Source of the DNA: a virus
Lineage: Duplodnaviria > Caudoviricetes
IMG/VR virus record: IMGVR_UViG_3300044638_004209
Coordinates: 1 to 29,392 of that record
Direction: 5' to 3' (one strand)
DNA length: 29,392 nt
Positions 8,631 through 17,127 of this stretch are shown here, piece after piece (position 1 is the first letter of the stretch; every line of letters starts with the position of its first letter). The notes beneath the pieces are model-generated. The model worked only from the letters and a program-made list of their open reading frames with translations, did no database searches and was not told the origin of the DNA. The position numbers and the translations under genes were made by a program.

Positions 8631-9014
8631 TTACTTGGCCGCCTCTGCTCTAGCCTCTACCCTCACTTTAGCTTTGGTGTGTAGGGCTAGGATCTGATCC
8701 AACTCCTCATTGGTGAAGATACTAGCAGGTTCGGTTCTGAATATGCGGGATACATGGAATACCTTATCTTGTCGCTCCACTTTCTTCCGTATGTCATCAG
8801 TGATGACATACGCATGATGATGAATTCTACTCCACATATCCAATCCCCGGATAGTCAGATCGGGGTTGACGACATAGTAGTCCGTATGTTCGGAACCTAT
8901 CGTCAATCTTCCGGTTTTGCTGATCTTTCTGATCTTGTAGATTTCATACTGATTATCTCGATGGATAGCGAGTTCATCCCCGACTTTCCATTCTTTCTTC
9001 TGCTCAGACATCAT
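8631..9014 (-). CDS. Hypothetical protein
   Basis: 127 aa, coupled to its neighbours; WKVGDE N-terminus is SH3/KOW-like. Confidence 0.65.
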   Translation of the reverse strand: MMSEQKKEWKVGDELAIHRDNQYEIYKIRKISKTGRLTIGSEHTDYYVVNPDLTIRGLDMWSRIHHHAYVITDDIRKKVERQDKVFHVSRIFRTEPASIFTNEELDQILALHTKAKVRVEARAEAAK

Positions 9015-10213
9015 TTCCTCGGTAGATACTTATTAGGTACGAAGTGTTCCTTGATAATGCCATTCTCGACCATCTGCATCGAAGCTAGCAGCAATTCGAC
9101 TATGGCATCCATCCCGTTATACGTCAGGAGCTTTGGTGTGGGAATCGAAAATATCTTGTTTCTCTGAGAATTTTCCTCGGACTCGAAGAACGAATCCACG
9201 TCATCAGCGAAGTAGGGCACGCCCAACTTCGCAAACGCCTGAAACTTCAAGCCCGTGATGCCGCTGTTGGGATTCTCCCAATGCGCGGCCTGCATCGTAT
9301 CCCACCACCACCGGCGAACCTGAACCCCCAGCTTGGATCGGCTCCACCGATCCTCGAACTTCATGTTCGCAGCAATCTTCTGGATGTCCGATACCAGGAA
9401 TCGCCGAATCGCATCGTGCGTATCGGCGAACACCGGGAACGATATGCAATGTACGTCGCCTTCGGCGACGTATGCCACCGCCATCGACACGATCAACTGG
9501 TTATCCCACTCGGGCTTTAGCCCGGTGGTTTCGTAGTCGAACGCTGCGATCTTGGCCGTCTTGGTGATCTTGTCCAGTTCGGCAATGATCTCTTGGGCGT
9601 GGTAGACCTGCCGGATTCGACTGTCTAGCGGTACGCACCCATCGGGCCACGGGCGGCCCGATATTCGCATCGCATCCCGTAGGTACTTGTACTCAAACAT
9701 GCTCGACACGTCGAGCATCCGTTTGTGTTCGCCCATTAGGCCCACCGGGCAGATCCAGGCGTTGAGATCCCTGCAAGGGATCACCGCGCCGTACCACCGG
9801 TCGTAAAGCTCGGCAGGCTGTTGCCAATACCGGCCAATGACCGACTGCGTGGCTCTTGGCCCGTAGGGAATGACGACTTCGGGGTTGAGGCGAGCGAGTT
9901 CGCTCGCCACAAGCGGTTGGCAATGCCTCCACGCCTCGTTTGAGGCCCCTGGGCAGGCCGCTGCGGGCACTTTAGGGTAAGCATCGAGAGTTACGCCAAC
10001 CCGACTGCAAACTGTCCCTAAACGGCCAAATTGGCCGTTTAGGAGGGCATCCGGCGCATCATCACCGGCTTTATCGACCACAAAGACGACTTTGGCCGGT
10101 TTACCCGGCCAAGTCTGCTTTGGATGCTGGCAACTTCGGTCTGCCTTGCACGTCCCGCAAAGCGGGACGACGGGCAGAGACTTGGTTAGCTTTGCGGAAG
10201 CGAACAGCGGCAT
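9011..10213 (-). CDS. UDG-like (family 4) domain + DnaQ-like 3'-5' exonuclease; N-terminal part of a split family A DNA polymerase
   Basis: CGTCKADRSC...WRHC Cys pattern and LNPEVVIPYG. ExoI AFDYETTGL, ExoII ANMKFED, WDTM, ExoIII YNGMDA. Confidence 0.8.
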   Translation of the reverse strand: MPLFASAKLTKSLPVVPLCGTCKADRSCQHPKQTWPGKPAKVVFVVDKAGDDAPDALLNGQFGRLGTVCSRVGVTLDAYPKVPAAACPGASNEAWRHCQPLVASELARLNPEVVIPYGPRATQSVIGRYWQQPAELYDRWYGAVIPCRDLNAWICPVGLMGEHKRMLDVSSMFEYKYLRDAMRISGRPWPDGCVPLDSRIRQVYHAQEIIAELDKITKTAKIAAFDYETTGLKPEWDNQLIVSMAVAYVAEGDVHCISFPVFADTHDAIRRFLVSDIQKIAANMKFEDRWSRSKLGVQVRRWWWDTMQAAHWENPNSGITGLKFQAFAKLGVPYFADDVDSFFESEENSQRNKIFSIPTPKLLTYNGMDAIVELLLASMQMVENGIIKEHFVPNKYLPRK

Positions 10214-11007
10214 TTCTTCTCAGCATCCTTTACAGAGTTCAGCAGGACAAGCAATGCTTCGGGGTCGTCGAAAGACCAACCCGAAGTGGTTCGGATTACG
10301 AAGAACGGCTCCTCTCCGGGGAGTTGGTACTCGCATTCGACGGTCAGATACTCAGATCCGCAACCCGAGGCATCGGTCGTGCCGAGGGTATTGGGGTCTT
10401 GGGTGAACTCAAAACTGACTCTGCTGATGTCTGGGCCGTAGTGGGAATTGGTTATTACGGGTTGCTTAGCTTCGGGTTCGGGTTCGATGGGCGAAAGCTC
10501 GCTTTCGCCTACCCATACACTACTCCCATTTTCGTGCAAAAAGCAAAACCTCTGCGTTGTCTCACACCACCCTGCGACAATGCCCTTGTACCCACGCCAC
10601 GTTACGTCATCACCTACGCAGATCGTTTTCGGCCCAACCGTCTCGACTGCTTCGGGTTCAGCCTGATTCCAAGCCTGTTGTACCTGCGGTACAACAGGGA
10701 CATCGGAAGCAAGGATACGCTCACCCTTATCCAAATACCTAAAATCTTGAGAGCATTGAGGAGGCTCTACTGGCTGATCTTGAGTTGCCCAAAGCGCTTT
10801 CAAGGTTCGCTCGGCGAGTTTCTGCGCCGTAGTCGGCTCTTTCTTTGCCGGTTGCTCGACCGCTTCGGGCTCGACGGGCTTGCATTGTCCAGCGATGACC
10901 CAAAATGAACCGCCTGATGGCCCCGCAACTCTGTAGGTATTATCGCTAGGTGATTCAACAATCTCACATTCAACCAAAACCTTATCACCAACTTTGAACT
11001 CGCTCAT
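10186..11007 (-). CDS. Hypothetical modular protein
   Basis: 273 aa; two (K/C)VGD-starting small domains and repeated EPEA linkers. ATGA overlap with the clamp gene. Confidence 0.65.
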   Translation of the reverse strand: MSEFKVGDKVLVECEIVESPSDNTYRVAGPSGGSFWVIAGQCKPVEPEAVEQPAKKEPTTAQKLAERTLKALWATQDQPVEPPQCSQDFRYLDKGERILASDVPVVPQVQQAWNQAEPEAVETVGPKTICVGDDVTWRGYKGIVAGWCETTQRFCFLHENGSSVWVGESELSPIEPEPEAKQPVITNSHYGPDISRVSFEFTQDPNTLGTTDASGCGSEYLTVECEYQLPGEEPFFVIRTTSGWSFDDPEALLVLLNSVKDAEKKCRCSLPQS

Positions 11008-12011
11008 ACCACCGTCTCCATCGAAGTAAGGAATACAAAGGATTCGCCGCGAATACGCAGAGCAGTCTGCGTCAGCGAAACCGGGTAATCATGCTTGAGA
11101 AGCGTTTGGACATACTTTGGATTGATCCCAAACGCTCTGGCAGGCCCATCGTATTGTACGTCTCGGACTTCCTCATAAATACCACTTTCGTTCTGCCCAC
11201 GCACCATAATTTTCCCAGGCTTGAGCCGGAACTGGGCTTGCTTCCCAGTTCCGGTATCAGCGAGGAACGCAGTTGCCTTCTGCAATGCGTCGAGTAGGCA
11301 AGAGGGTAGCCTAACGCTAGCCTCCGATTCTGATCGAAACGCATCCGAAAGATCAGGCAGAGATCCACTGTACGTCCGGACTGCAACTTGCAGTCCGGTG
11401 TACGTCTTGAAATGCAACCAACCTTCCGATTCGGCCAGGGCGGCAACGCCCAGGCCGTTTACCGCACCGCAAGCCGAACGCTTGATAAGCGTCGGCTTGC
11501 TGATCGGGCAATCCAGCTTGTAGCGGATTGCCTGGAACGCATCCGTGGCCTGTAGGCCACGGGGGCTGAGTTCTACGCAGGTCAGTTCCCATGCTTCGGA
11601 GTCTTTGGCCGCCGAATCGGCGGCCATCGCCAATGCGTCTGCGAACACCGGTGGAACGTCAGCCCACTCGCCTGCGGCATCCACCGCTTCGTAGTGGGGG
11701 ATGACTTCGGGGTGGACATTGAGTTTGATCTGACGGACGTTGGCACACTTGATTACCAATCGGTCATCTTTGTACTCGATGTCGATCTCCTCCTCGGTGA
11801 GCTTACGTAGGGTTTCCAAAAGCGGCTTCGCAGGAGCCGCGCAGCGGAAATTGACAATGGTATCCTGTTGGCAGAGTACCTCGTCGTTGAAGGTGTAAAC
11901 CTTCCCGTTCGAGAACAGAAAGCAGTCAGACTGCTCGATGTTCTCGGTAGAGGATAAGCCAGGAGCGCAGGACTCTAGGTGGCGAAGGAATTCTTTACGC
12001 TGGATTTTCAT
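11004..12011 (-). CDS. DNA sliding clamp (DnaN/beta-like)
   Basis: 335 aa; [10 protein letters not shown] start, LQATDAFQA (cf. ATDGHRL) and FGINPKYV (cf. FN.KY). A clamp loader is encoded in the same block. Confidence 0.7.
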   Translation of the reverse strand: MKIQRKEFLRHLESCAPGLSSTENIEQSDCFLFSNGKVYTFNDEVLCQQDTIVNFRCAAPAKPLLETLRKLTEEEIDIEYKDDRLVIKCANVRQIKLNVHPEVIPHYEAVDAAGEWADVPPVFADALAMAADSAAKDSEAWELTCVELSPRGLQATDAFQAIRYKLDCPISKPTLIKRSACGAVNGLGVAALAESEGWLHFKTYTGLQVAVRTYSGSLPDLSDAFRSESEASVRLPSCLLDALQKATAFLADTGTGKQAQFRLKPGKIMVRGQNESGIYEEVRDVQYDGPARAFGINPKYVQTLLKHDYPVSLTQTALRIRGESFVFLTSMETVV

Positions 12012-13029
12012 TGCGGAACTCCATATAGGTTTGTATGACTTTAGCAGCTACTTGCGGGACGATGGCGTTGCCGTAGGCGCGCAATCGTCCCACTCTTTGG
12101 GGTATCCCATTAGCCAACGGGAATGCGCCGGGTTCAACTGGCCTCCACTTACCATCTCGGCAGAGAAGCCAGTCAGCATCTCGCCAGAAGCCGCTAGTCG
12201 GGCCGGACTGTTTTTTGCCCCCCAAACCACTCGACCTAGTAGTGAGTTCTCTGGAGCCGTTCCGTCCGATGCTCCGTCTTTGTAGTCCCGAGTCGTTGAG
12301 GTCGGCCAACTCGCTAGCATCTCTTGTTGTTCGATGCGCCCCTTCGTCTCCCCCGATTCGTCCATGATCTGAGATCCCTGACCGCTGCCTCCCACCCTCG
12401 GCGTTCCCCAACCCGCCAAATGGGCTTGATCCCGAAGTTTGACTCTCGGGCAATCCGCCTCGGCATACTTCGGATTCGACAGATCCTTGACTCCCCCCTC
12501 CCCATCGGACGCTGCAGGTGTTCGCCACGAACCACAGTCGTTGTCGGATGTGCGGCGCGCCGAGGCCACAAGCCGGGATACAGGTTGCCCCAAAGGCGTA
12601 GTTTTCGTTTTCCAAGTCAGATTGTACATCGTCGAGCCATCCGTGTCCGATAGCGGCATCAACCTGCTCTCCAAAAATGACCGCAGGTCTGCACTCTCGT
12701 ATGAGGGTTGCCCAGAAGGGCCACAAGTGTCGTTCATCTGTTTTTCCTTTACTTTTGCCTGCTATTGAAAATGGTTGACAAGGGCATGATCCCGTCCACA
12801 CTGGACGGTCATCAGGCCATCCCGATAATCGCAAAGCCAATGACCACCCACCAATGCCTGCAAAAAAATGAGCTTGGGTGTATCCTGCCAAGTCGCTAGG
12901 TGTGACATCAACTATTGATCGAGTGTCCACATCGCCGTAGGCGATGTGCCCAGCATCGATCAAATTGCGTAACCATTGGGCGGCATACGGTTCGTATTCG
13001 TTGTAGTAGGCTTTACGCTGGATTTTCAT
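11995..13029 (-). CDS. C5 cytosine DNA methyltransferase, large subunit
   Basis: Motif [46 protein letters not shown]. No motif IX in this frame. Start reassigned to 13029 (ATGA overlap). Confidence 0.85.
   Translation of the reverse strand: MKIQRKAYYNEYEPYAAQWLRNLIDAGHIAYGDVDTRSIVDVTPSDLAGYTQAHFFAGIGGWSLALRLSGWPDDRPVWTGSCPCQPFSIAGKSKGKTDERHLWPFWATLIRECRPAVIFGEQVDAAIGHGWLDDVQSDLENENYAFGATCIPACGLGAPHIRQRLWFVANTCSVRWGGGSQGSVESEVCRGGLPESQTSGSSPFGGLGNAEGGRQRSGISDHGRIGGDEGAHRTTRDASELADLNDSGLQRRSIGRNGSRELTTRSSGLGGKKQSGPTSGFWRDADWLLCRDGKWRPVEPGAFPLANGIPQRVGRLRAYGNAIVPQVAAKVIQTYMEFRNENPA
12048..12737 (-). CDS. Nested alternate-frame ORF: putative small subunit of the C5-MTase
   Basis: 229-aa ORF entirely inside the MTase gene. 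It ends [15 protein letters not shown] (motif IX-like) and has W.TP repeats. Confidence 0.65.
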   Translation of the reverse strand: MNDTCGPSGQPSYESADLRSFLESRLMPLSDTDGSTMYNLTWKTKTTPLGQPVSRLVASARRTSDNDCGSWRTPAASDGEGGVKDLSNPKYAEADCPRVKLRDQAHLAGWGTPRVGGSGQGSQIMDESGETKGRIEQQEMLASWPTSTTRDYKDGASDGTAPENSLLGRVVWGAKNSPARLAASGEMLTGFSAEMVSGGQLNPAHSRWLMGYPKEWDDCAPTATPSSRK

Positions 13030-13622
13030 ATTGGGCCACCATTTTCGTAGTTTCTTGCATCTATTTGGAGCGATGTTCTTCTGCCCGCATCCCAAAACTG
13101 CCACCCTCGGAAAATACATACGGAGTCGTCAAGTTCGGGATCTGTCCATAGGACGCATGAAACGTGCCCAAAGGTCATGTTGGTCACGATCAACTCCTCT
13201 CGCAAATCCCGCTTGAGAACCAGAATCCAAAACGGAGTCCCCGCAAGCGAAGCGGATCGCTTCGCTTGCTCAATGAAGTCTCGCATCTGATTTGGCCCAT
13301 TTGGCTTATCGAGCAGGTCTTGCAAGCTGATGCGATTAAATCCTCGTTTAAGCTCAAAAGTCGCTATGTTCAGCAACTTCTGTGCTTCGGGACATTGCGC
13401 TGCAATGTCCCCGTAGCCGTTGGCTGTGTTCCTGCCGGACTTTGCCCGGTTGGTGGCTCGGCCACCCGAGCCACCAAGCCGCCAGAACCAATCGTCGGCT
13501 TTGCCTTCGCTCCACCACAAGGATAGCTTTCGAGCGAACTCTCGCTCGAAAGCGGAGCCCTTCTTCGGATCGCCCTTGCGTTTCTTTTTTGGGGTAATAG
13601 GTGCAGTTGATTTCTTAGGCAT
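13026..13622 (-). CDS. Holliday junction resolvase-like PD-(D/E)XK nuclease
   Basis: KGSAFEREFARKL, SGG, GDI and FELKR match the Hjc-type pattern. Confidence 0.75.
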   Translation of the reverse strand: MPKKSTAPITPKKKRKGDPKKGSAFEREFARKLSLWWSEGKADDWFWRLGGSGGRATNRAKSGRNTANGYGDIAAQCPEAQKLLNIATFELKRGFNRISLQDLLDKPNGPNQMRDFIEQAKRSASLAGTPFWILVLKRDLREELIVTNMTFGHVSCVLWTDPELDDSVCIFRGWQFWDAGRRTSLQIDARNYENGGPI

Positions 13623-13860
13623 TATTGCCCGCCCTCCTCGCGACTGCTTGCAGCACTCGCTCGTCCTTGATGTGTTGGTATCCAGGCCACTTATTCTCGA
13701 CGGCCTGGACGAGTTCGCGGAAGCGAACTCGTCGAGGATGTTTACGCAGTTGAGTCGTCCTGTTTTTCTGCTTGTCGGCCTTTTTTTCCTCGGCGGTTCG
13801 CCGATCTTCCGGCTTTTTGTTCGAGTCTAGCCACTGCTTCCTGGTGAATCGGATGCTCAT
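13615..13860 (-). CDS. Small basic hypothetical protein
   Basis: Start MSIRF at 13860 overlaps the exonuclease stop (ATGA). Confidence 0.6.
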   Translation of the reverse strand: MSIRFTRKQWLDSNKKPEDRRTAEEKKADKQKNRTTQLRKHPRRVRFRELVQAVENKWPGYQHIKDERVLQAVARRAGNNA

Positions 13861-14708
13861 TTTTTGATGCCTTTCGGGGTTCGTTGGGGGATGCTGTCGA
13901 ATACTCGGCCCATCACTGACCAGTCCAGCGGAACGTCCTGTGGAACAGGACGGCACTTCGGCGTATCAGGTGCGGGCAGCTTGGTCAGTTGGATGTTCTT
14001 ATTGTACGTTTCAATCTGGCTCGTAAATCGCTCGCGGAAGGCAGGATTTCCTTTTCCCATTAAAAATTTTGCGGCCTTCGCCATACCGATGCCTGTTAGT
14101 CCGACAACATTGTCGGACGAACAGCCTGCCCATGCCTTTGCGGAAGCGTAAAGGCATGGTGGCATCTCGGAGTGTTTCCTTCGGAAATCCTCCTCGTTGA
14201 CAATCGTTTTGGAAGTCGGGCGGTGGACTACCACCCGACTGCCCTCGATCATCTGGTAGAGATCCTCGTCATTGCTGACGATGTAGACCTTTCGAGCCTT
14301 TGGCAAATTCAGTACGCAGGATGCAATCAGATCATCAGCCTCAAACCCTTTGGCCCAGAAGATATTCTTGGCCCCGATGGTTGGCAGGTGAATCTCACGG
14401 AACGCTGCAATCTGGTCAAATAGGATCTGCCTGAGTTCCTTTTCGTCCTCAGGTGCTTGCAACCTCGCCTCTTTGCGAGGTTGCTTGTACGCAGGGTCGA
14501 TTTTCTTGCGAAAATCGTACCCACCATCAAAGCAGAAAATCAGGGTGTCTACGCATAGATCGTCCTGCAACTTGTTGCAGGACTGATGCAATGCTTTGAA
14601 CAGCGTACCTGGATCATCCCGCCAAAACTGAGGCGGGATGGTGTGCCACCGAGCGTAAGCGAGGTTGCTTACGTCGATGATCGCGTAGCGAGCATCGTCG
14701 GTCATCAT
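13857..14708 (-). CDS. 5'-3' exonuclease / flap endonuclease (T4 RNase H/T5 D15-like)
   Basis: IIDVSN, FCFD, FRKKIDPAYK, FEADDLIA, SNDEDLYQ, SDNVVGLTGIG..KA. Confidence 0.9.
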   Translation of the reverse strand: MMTDDARYAIIDVSNLAYARWHTIPPQFWRDDPGTLFKALHQSCNKLQDDLCVDTLIFCFDGGYDFRKKIDPAYKQPRKEARLQAPEDEKELRQILFDQIAAFREIHLPTIGAKNIFWAKGFEADDLIASCVLNLPKARKVYIVSNDEDLYQMIEGSRVVVHRPTSKTIVNEEDFRRKHSEMPPCLYASAKAWAGCSSDNVVGLTGIGMAKAAKFLMGKGNPAFRERFTSQIETYNKNIQLTKLPAPDTPKCRPVPQDVPLDWSVMGRVFDSIPQRTPKGIKK

Positions 14709-14920
14709 TGCCTCCGAGCTTCTGCCAACGCTGCGCGGGTGATGGCGATGCCTTCGAGTTGGTGTCCGATCTCATGGAACTGATCTCGCAGTCGTGCGAG
14801 ATCAGTTTTGATCTTGACCACCAACTCAGTCTTTTCGTCGGCTGTTAGGGCATCCCCTGACAGCACCTTTTGCTCTACGTTCATTGCCGCAGATCGGATC
14901 TGCTCAATCAGTTCGTCCAT
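14705..14920 (-). CDS. Hypothetical helical protein
   Basis: 71 aa, coupled between RecA and the exonuclease. Confidence 0.6.
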   Translation of the reverse strand: MDELIEQIRSAAMNVEQKVLSGDALTADEKTELVVKIKTDLARLRDQFHEIGHQLEGIAITRAALAEARRQ

Positions 14921-14921
14921 C

Positions 14922-15992
14922 TTATTCGTACCTTTTCTTACGGGTTACTGTCAGTTGGGACTCGATAGAGTCCCAACAAGCCTGCATCGCCTCGAACAAC
15001 TCTTGTTCTCGGCCATCATCTTCGATCTTGCGAATGAGATCTTCGCGATAGTGTGTGGTTTCGTAGAACGGGCAGGAGATCCTGCCCGAAGATGCTGTCC
15101 ACGCCTTTTCTTTGAGTAGGAAATCGACCGCCGCGCCGGTCGCATCCACACCGAAGTCCGGCATGATTGGGATGCTGACTGCTCGCTGTCTGCCGTTGAC
15201 ACGGTTCTTTTCGACTTTGAATACCGGGTTGATGCCGATGATCCGCTTTTGGCCGTTGACTTCCTTTGTCAGCTTCTCGCCAGGATACGTCCAAATCTCG
15301 ACCGATCCGCCAAACTTGATCGCATGGCCGCCACCGCGAACATGCTTTGGCCCATACAAGCCTGCTTTGAGGTTATCTCGCACCTGCGAGATGCTCAGCA
15401 AAATCGATCCGGAATCCTCGATCATGGTGAGGATTCTAGGGAGTCTTTGGCTGTTGATTTTGGCTTTGCCGTCACCGTAGTTGCCGTCGATCTCTTTGCC
15501 TTCGGCGCGATTCTTCGCGTCGTCGGCAATCTGCTTTTCCTTCTGCTCGCTGGACAGGGTGTCCATCGAGTCGATGATCGCGACAAACTTCTTGCCCGCT
15601 TTGATCTTGGCTTCTAGCCAATCGTAGACGAATTCAAGTAGCATCGGCTTGCCGGGTTCGGAGCGAAGCACTTGGATTCGCTTGGCCGCCTTCGACCCGA
15701 AGAACTTCTCGAAGTCGAAGTGGTTGCCCACTTCGGCATCAATATGCCACAATTCGTAATCATCGAAATCAGGGTTGTTGGCCGCTTCGGCCAACAACGT
15801 CAACGTCGCCAGCGTCTTACCGCTGGACGAGTCACCGACGTAGAAAACGTAGGTTCCTGCCATGATTCCCTTACGCCAGTCGCCGGATACGGCGAGGTTC
15901 AGCAGGGGGCATCCGAGCGAAAGGAACTTCTGTTCCTTTCGCTTGGTGGTTGCTGCTTCTTCGAGGACTTCGAGTGGTTTCTTTTTAGCCAT
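14922..15992 (-). CDS. RecA/UvsX-like recombinase
   Basis: SLGCPLLNLAVSG, Walker A GDSSSGKT, IDAE, IIDS, ISQVRD, GGGHAIKF, VEKNR. Start reassigned to MAKKK (15992). Confidence 0.9.
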   Translation of the reverse strand: MAKKKPLEVLEEAATTKRKEQKFLSLGCPLLNLAVSGDWRKGIMAGTYVFYVGDSSSGKTLATLTLLAEAANNPDFDDYELWHIDAEVGNHFDFEKFFGSKAAKRIQVLRSEPGKPMLLEFVYDWLEAKIKAGKKFVAIIDSMDTLSSEQKEKQIADDAKNRAEGKEIDGNYGDGKAKINSQRLPRILTMIEDSGSILLSISQVRDNLKAGLYGPKHVRGGGHAIKFGGSVEIWTYPGEKLTKEVNGQKRIIGINPVFKVEKNRVNGRQRAVSIPIMPDFGVDATGAAVDFLLKEKAWTASSGRISCPFYETTHYREDLIRKIEDDGREQELFEAMQACWDSIESQLTVTRKKRYE

Positions 15993-16515
15993 CTTGTAAC
16001 TCCATAAGGATCTTGATACTGCCGAGGATGTATTGCGTTTTGTCTTTAGTCTCAATCGTACTGTTGTACGATTGAGGATACAAGATTGCATCACCGCCTT
16101 TCTCCCTAAAAAGCCGACAATTATCGACATTATCGTCGATCAGGATCGCCCCTGGGCGAGCCAGTTCGTACTTGTCGTGCATGTAGATCGTCTGCCGGAT
16201 CTCGATGTCCAGTTCCCTTTTGAGCCACACGGCTCTGCCGTACAGGCAATTCGGATGCGGGAACGGTCGAGTGCAGACGTATACCGAGTCGGCAAGTTTG
16301 CCGACTTCGGCCCAGAGTTTCTTGGCCCCTGGTAAGAGTTCCATCGAATCCCAAAACGATACGAACGACATCATGTCGTCAAGCTGGGCTTGGGTGATTC
16401 CGTTTTCCGAGAAGCCGTCCCAAGCCTTCCAAGGCTTGAGAGGCTTATCGGCCCATAGATGTACCTGCTTGACCCAATCACCCAAAACACCATCACAATC
16501 AACGTAAATAACCAT
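15985..16515 (-). CDS. HAD-family 5'(3')-deoxyribonucleotidase-like protein
   Basis: IYVDCDGVL (DxDGV), FW..M..LPGA and ILIDD. Start reassigned to 16515. Confidence 0.8.
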   Translation of the reverse strand: MVIYVDCDGVLGDWVKQVHLWADKPLKPWKAWDGFSENGITQAQLDDMMSFVSFWDSMELLPGAKKLWAEVGKLADSVYVCTRPFPHPNCLYGRAVWLKRELDIEIRQTIYMHDKYELARPGAILIDDNVDNCRLFREKGGDAILYPQSYNSTIETKDKTQYILGSIKILMELQDG

Positions 16516-16543
16516 TGTGGTTGCCCTTGTAAAAAAAAACATG

Positions 16544-16586
16544 AAAAAACCACCCACTGCCCGAAGTGAGTGAGGCAGTGGGTGGT
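16544..16586 (-). terminator. Rho-independent terminator
   Basis: 13-bp stem accacccactgcc/ggcagtgggtggt, followed on the minus strand by a T run. Confidence 0.75.
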
Positions 16587-16726
16587 GTATTTGTCCGGTA
16601 CGCAAGTCGGAGGTTTTGTTCTACTTGCTACACGAACTAGGTAGTTATGGGCCAGTAGGAACCCGGCACTTACCTCGCACCAGCCTATCTTGCGGAGAAG
16701 TTAGAATCCGCGCGGCAGGCCAACCG

Positions 16727-16852
16727 TTATTTTCCTTTGGTCATGCCACCCTTTTTCGGAGCAACCGGAGGCTGCTTCGGAGGCTTGGTTCCCTTCGCCC
16801 CCTTCTTTTCCTTAGGGATAGTGGACTTGTACGTTCCTGACTTCGATGGCAT
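16727..16852 (-). CDS. 41-aa Lys/Pro/Gly-rich basic microprotein (below the ORF-track cutoff)
   Basis: MPSKSGTYKSTIPKEKKGAKGTKPPKQPPVAPKKGGMTKGK*, with AGGA RBS upstream. Confidence 0.6.
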   Translation of the reverse strand: MPSKSGTYKSTIPKEKKGAKGTKPPKQPPVAPKKGGMTKGK

Positions 16853-16908
16853 GGTATTTTTCCTGTTGCCGAGTTGCTAAAAAACCAAAACTGTATTGTA
16901 CTGTAAAC

Positions 16909-16934
16909 GTCGGGACTTGTTTACAAGTCCCGAC
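16909..16934. other. Perfect 12-bp inverted repeat immediately 3' of tRNA-like element A
   Basis: gtcgggacttgt-tt-acaagtcccgac. Confidence 0.8.
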
Positions 16935-16938
16935 AAAA

Positions 16939-17115
16939 GGATCGGGCAGGATTTGCGCCTGCTGGGGTTTACACTATGGGACTGAATCGAACTGTCCTTA
17001 ACACGCCAGACCAACGTGGCTTCTCGACTGCTTTCGCAGTCGAGAGTGCATTTATTGTCTGTCCCCGCGATTTAAGTCGCGTGTCTCGCCGTGGTAGCCG
17101 CCACGCCGCCGATCC
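16939..17115 (-). ncRNA. tRNA-like element A (177 nt)
   Basis: Acceptor GGATCGG/CCGATCC, CGTGG/CCACG hairpin, T-arm GCAGG-CGCAAAT-CCTGC, large structured interior, TTTT trailer. Confidence 0.65.
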
Positions 17116-17127
17116 TCGGCCTGAGTG

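Larger units (their letters stand above)
11993..13029. repeat. 19-bp direct repeat flanking the MTase gene (11993-12011 and 13011-13029)
   Basis: ctttacgctggattttcat occurs at both positions and encodes MKIQRK at the start of both the MTase and the clamp. Confidence 0.9.

Noticed and set aside
10120-10908. 262-aa plus-strand ORF (likewise 4414-5115 and similar)
   Set aside because: Antisense to well-coupled minus-strand genes, with no motifs or RBS.
15993-16130. N-terminal extensions given by the ORF track (RecA, also PolA, DnaB, kinase, MTase, Mre11)
   Set aside because: They overlap upstream genes extensively; downstream ATGs give typical short stop/start overlaps.
16939-17115. tmRNA (ATAAAT-GCA resembles a resume site)
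   Set aside because: No G3-U70 pair, far shorter than tmRNA, and the frame would not end in an ..LAA-type tag.
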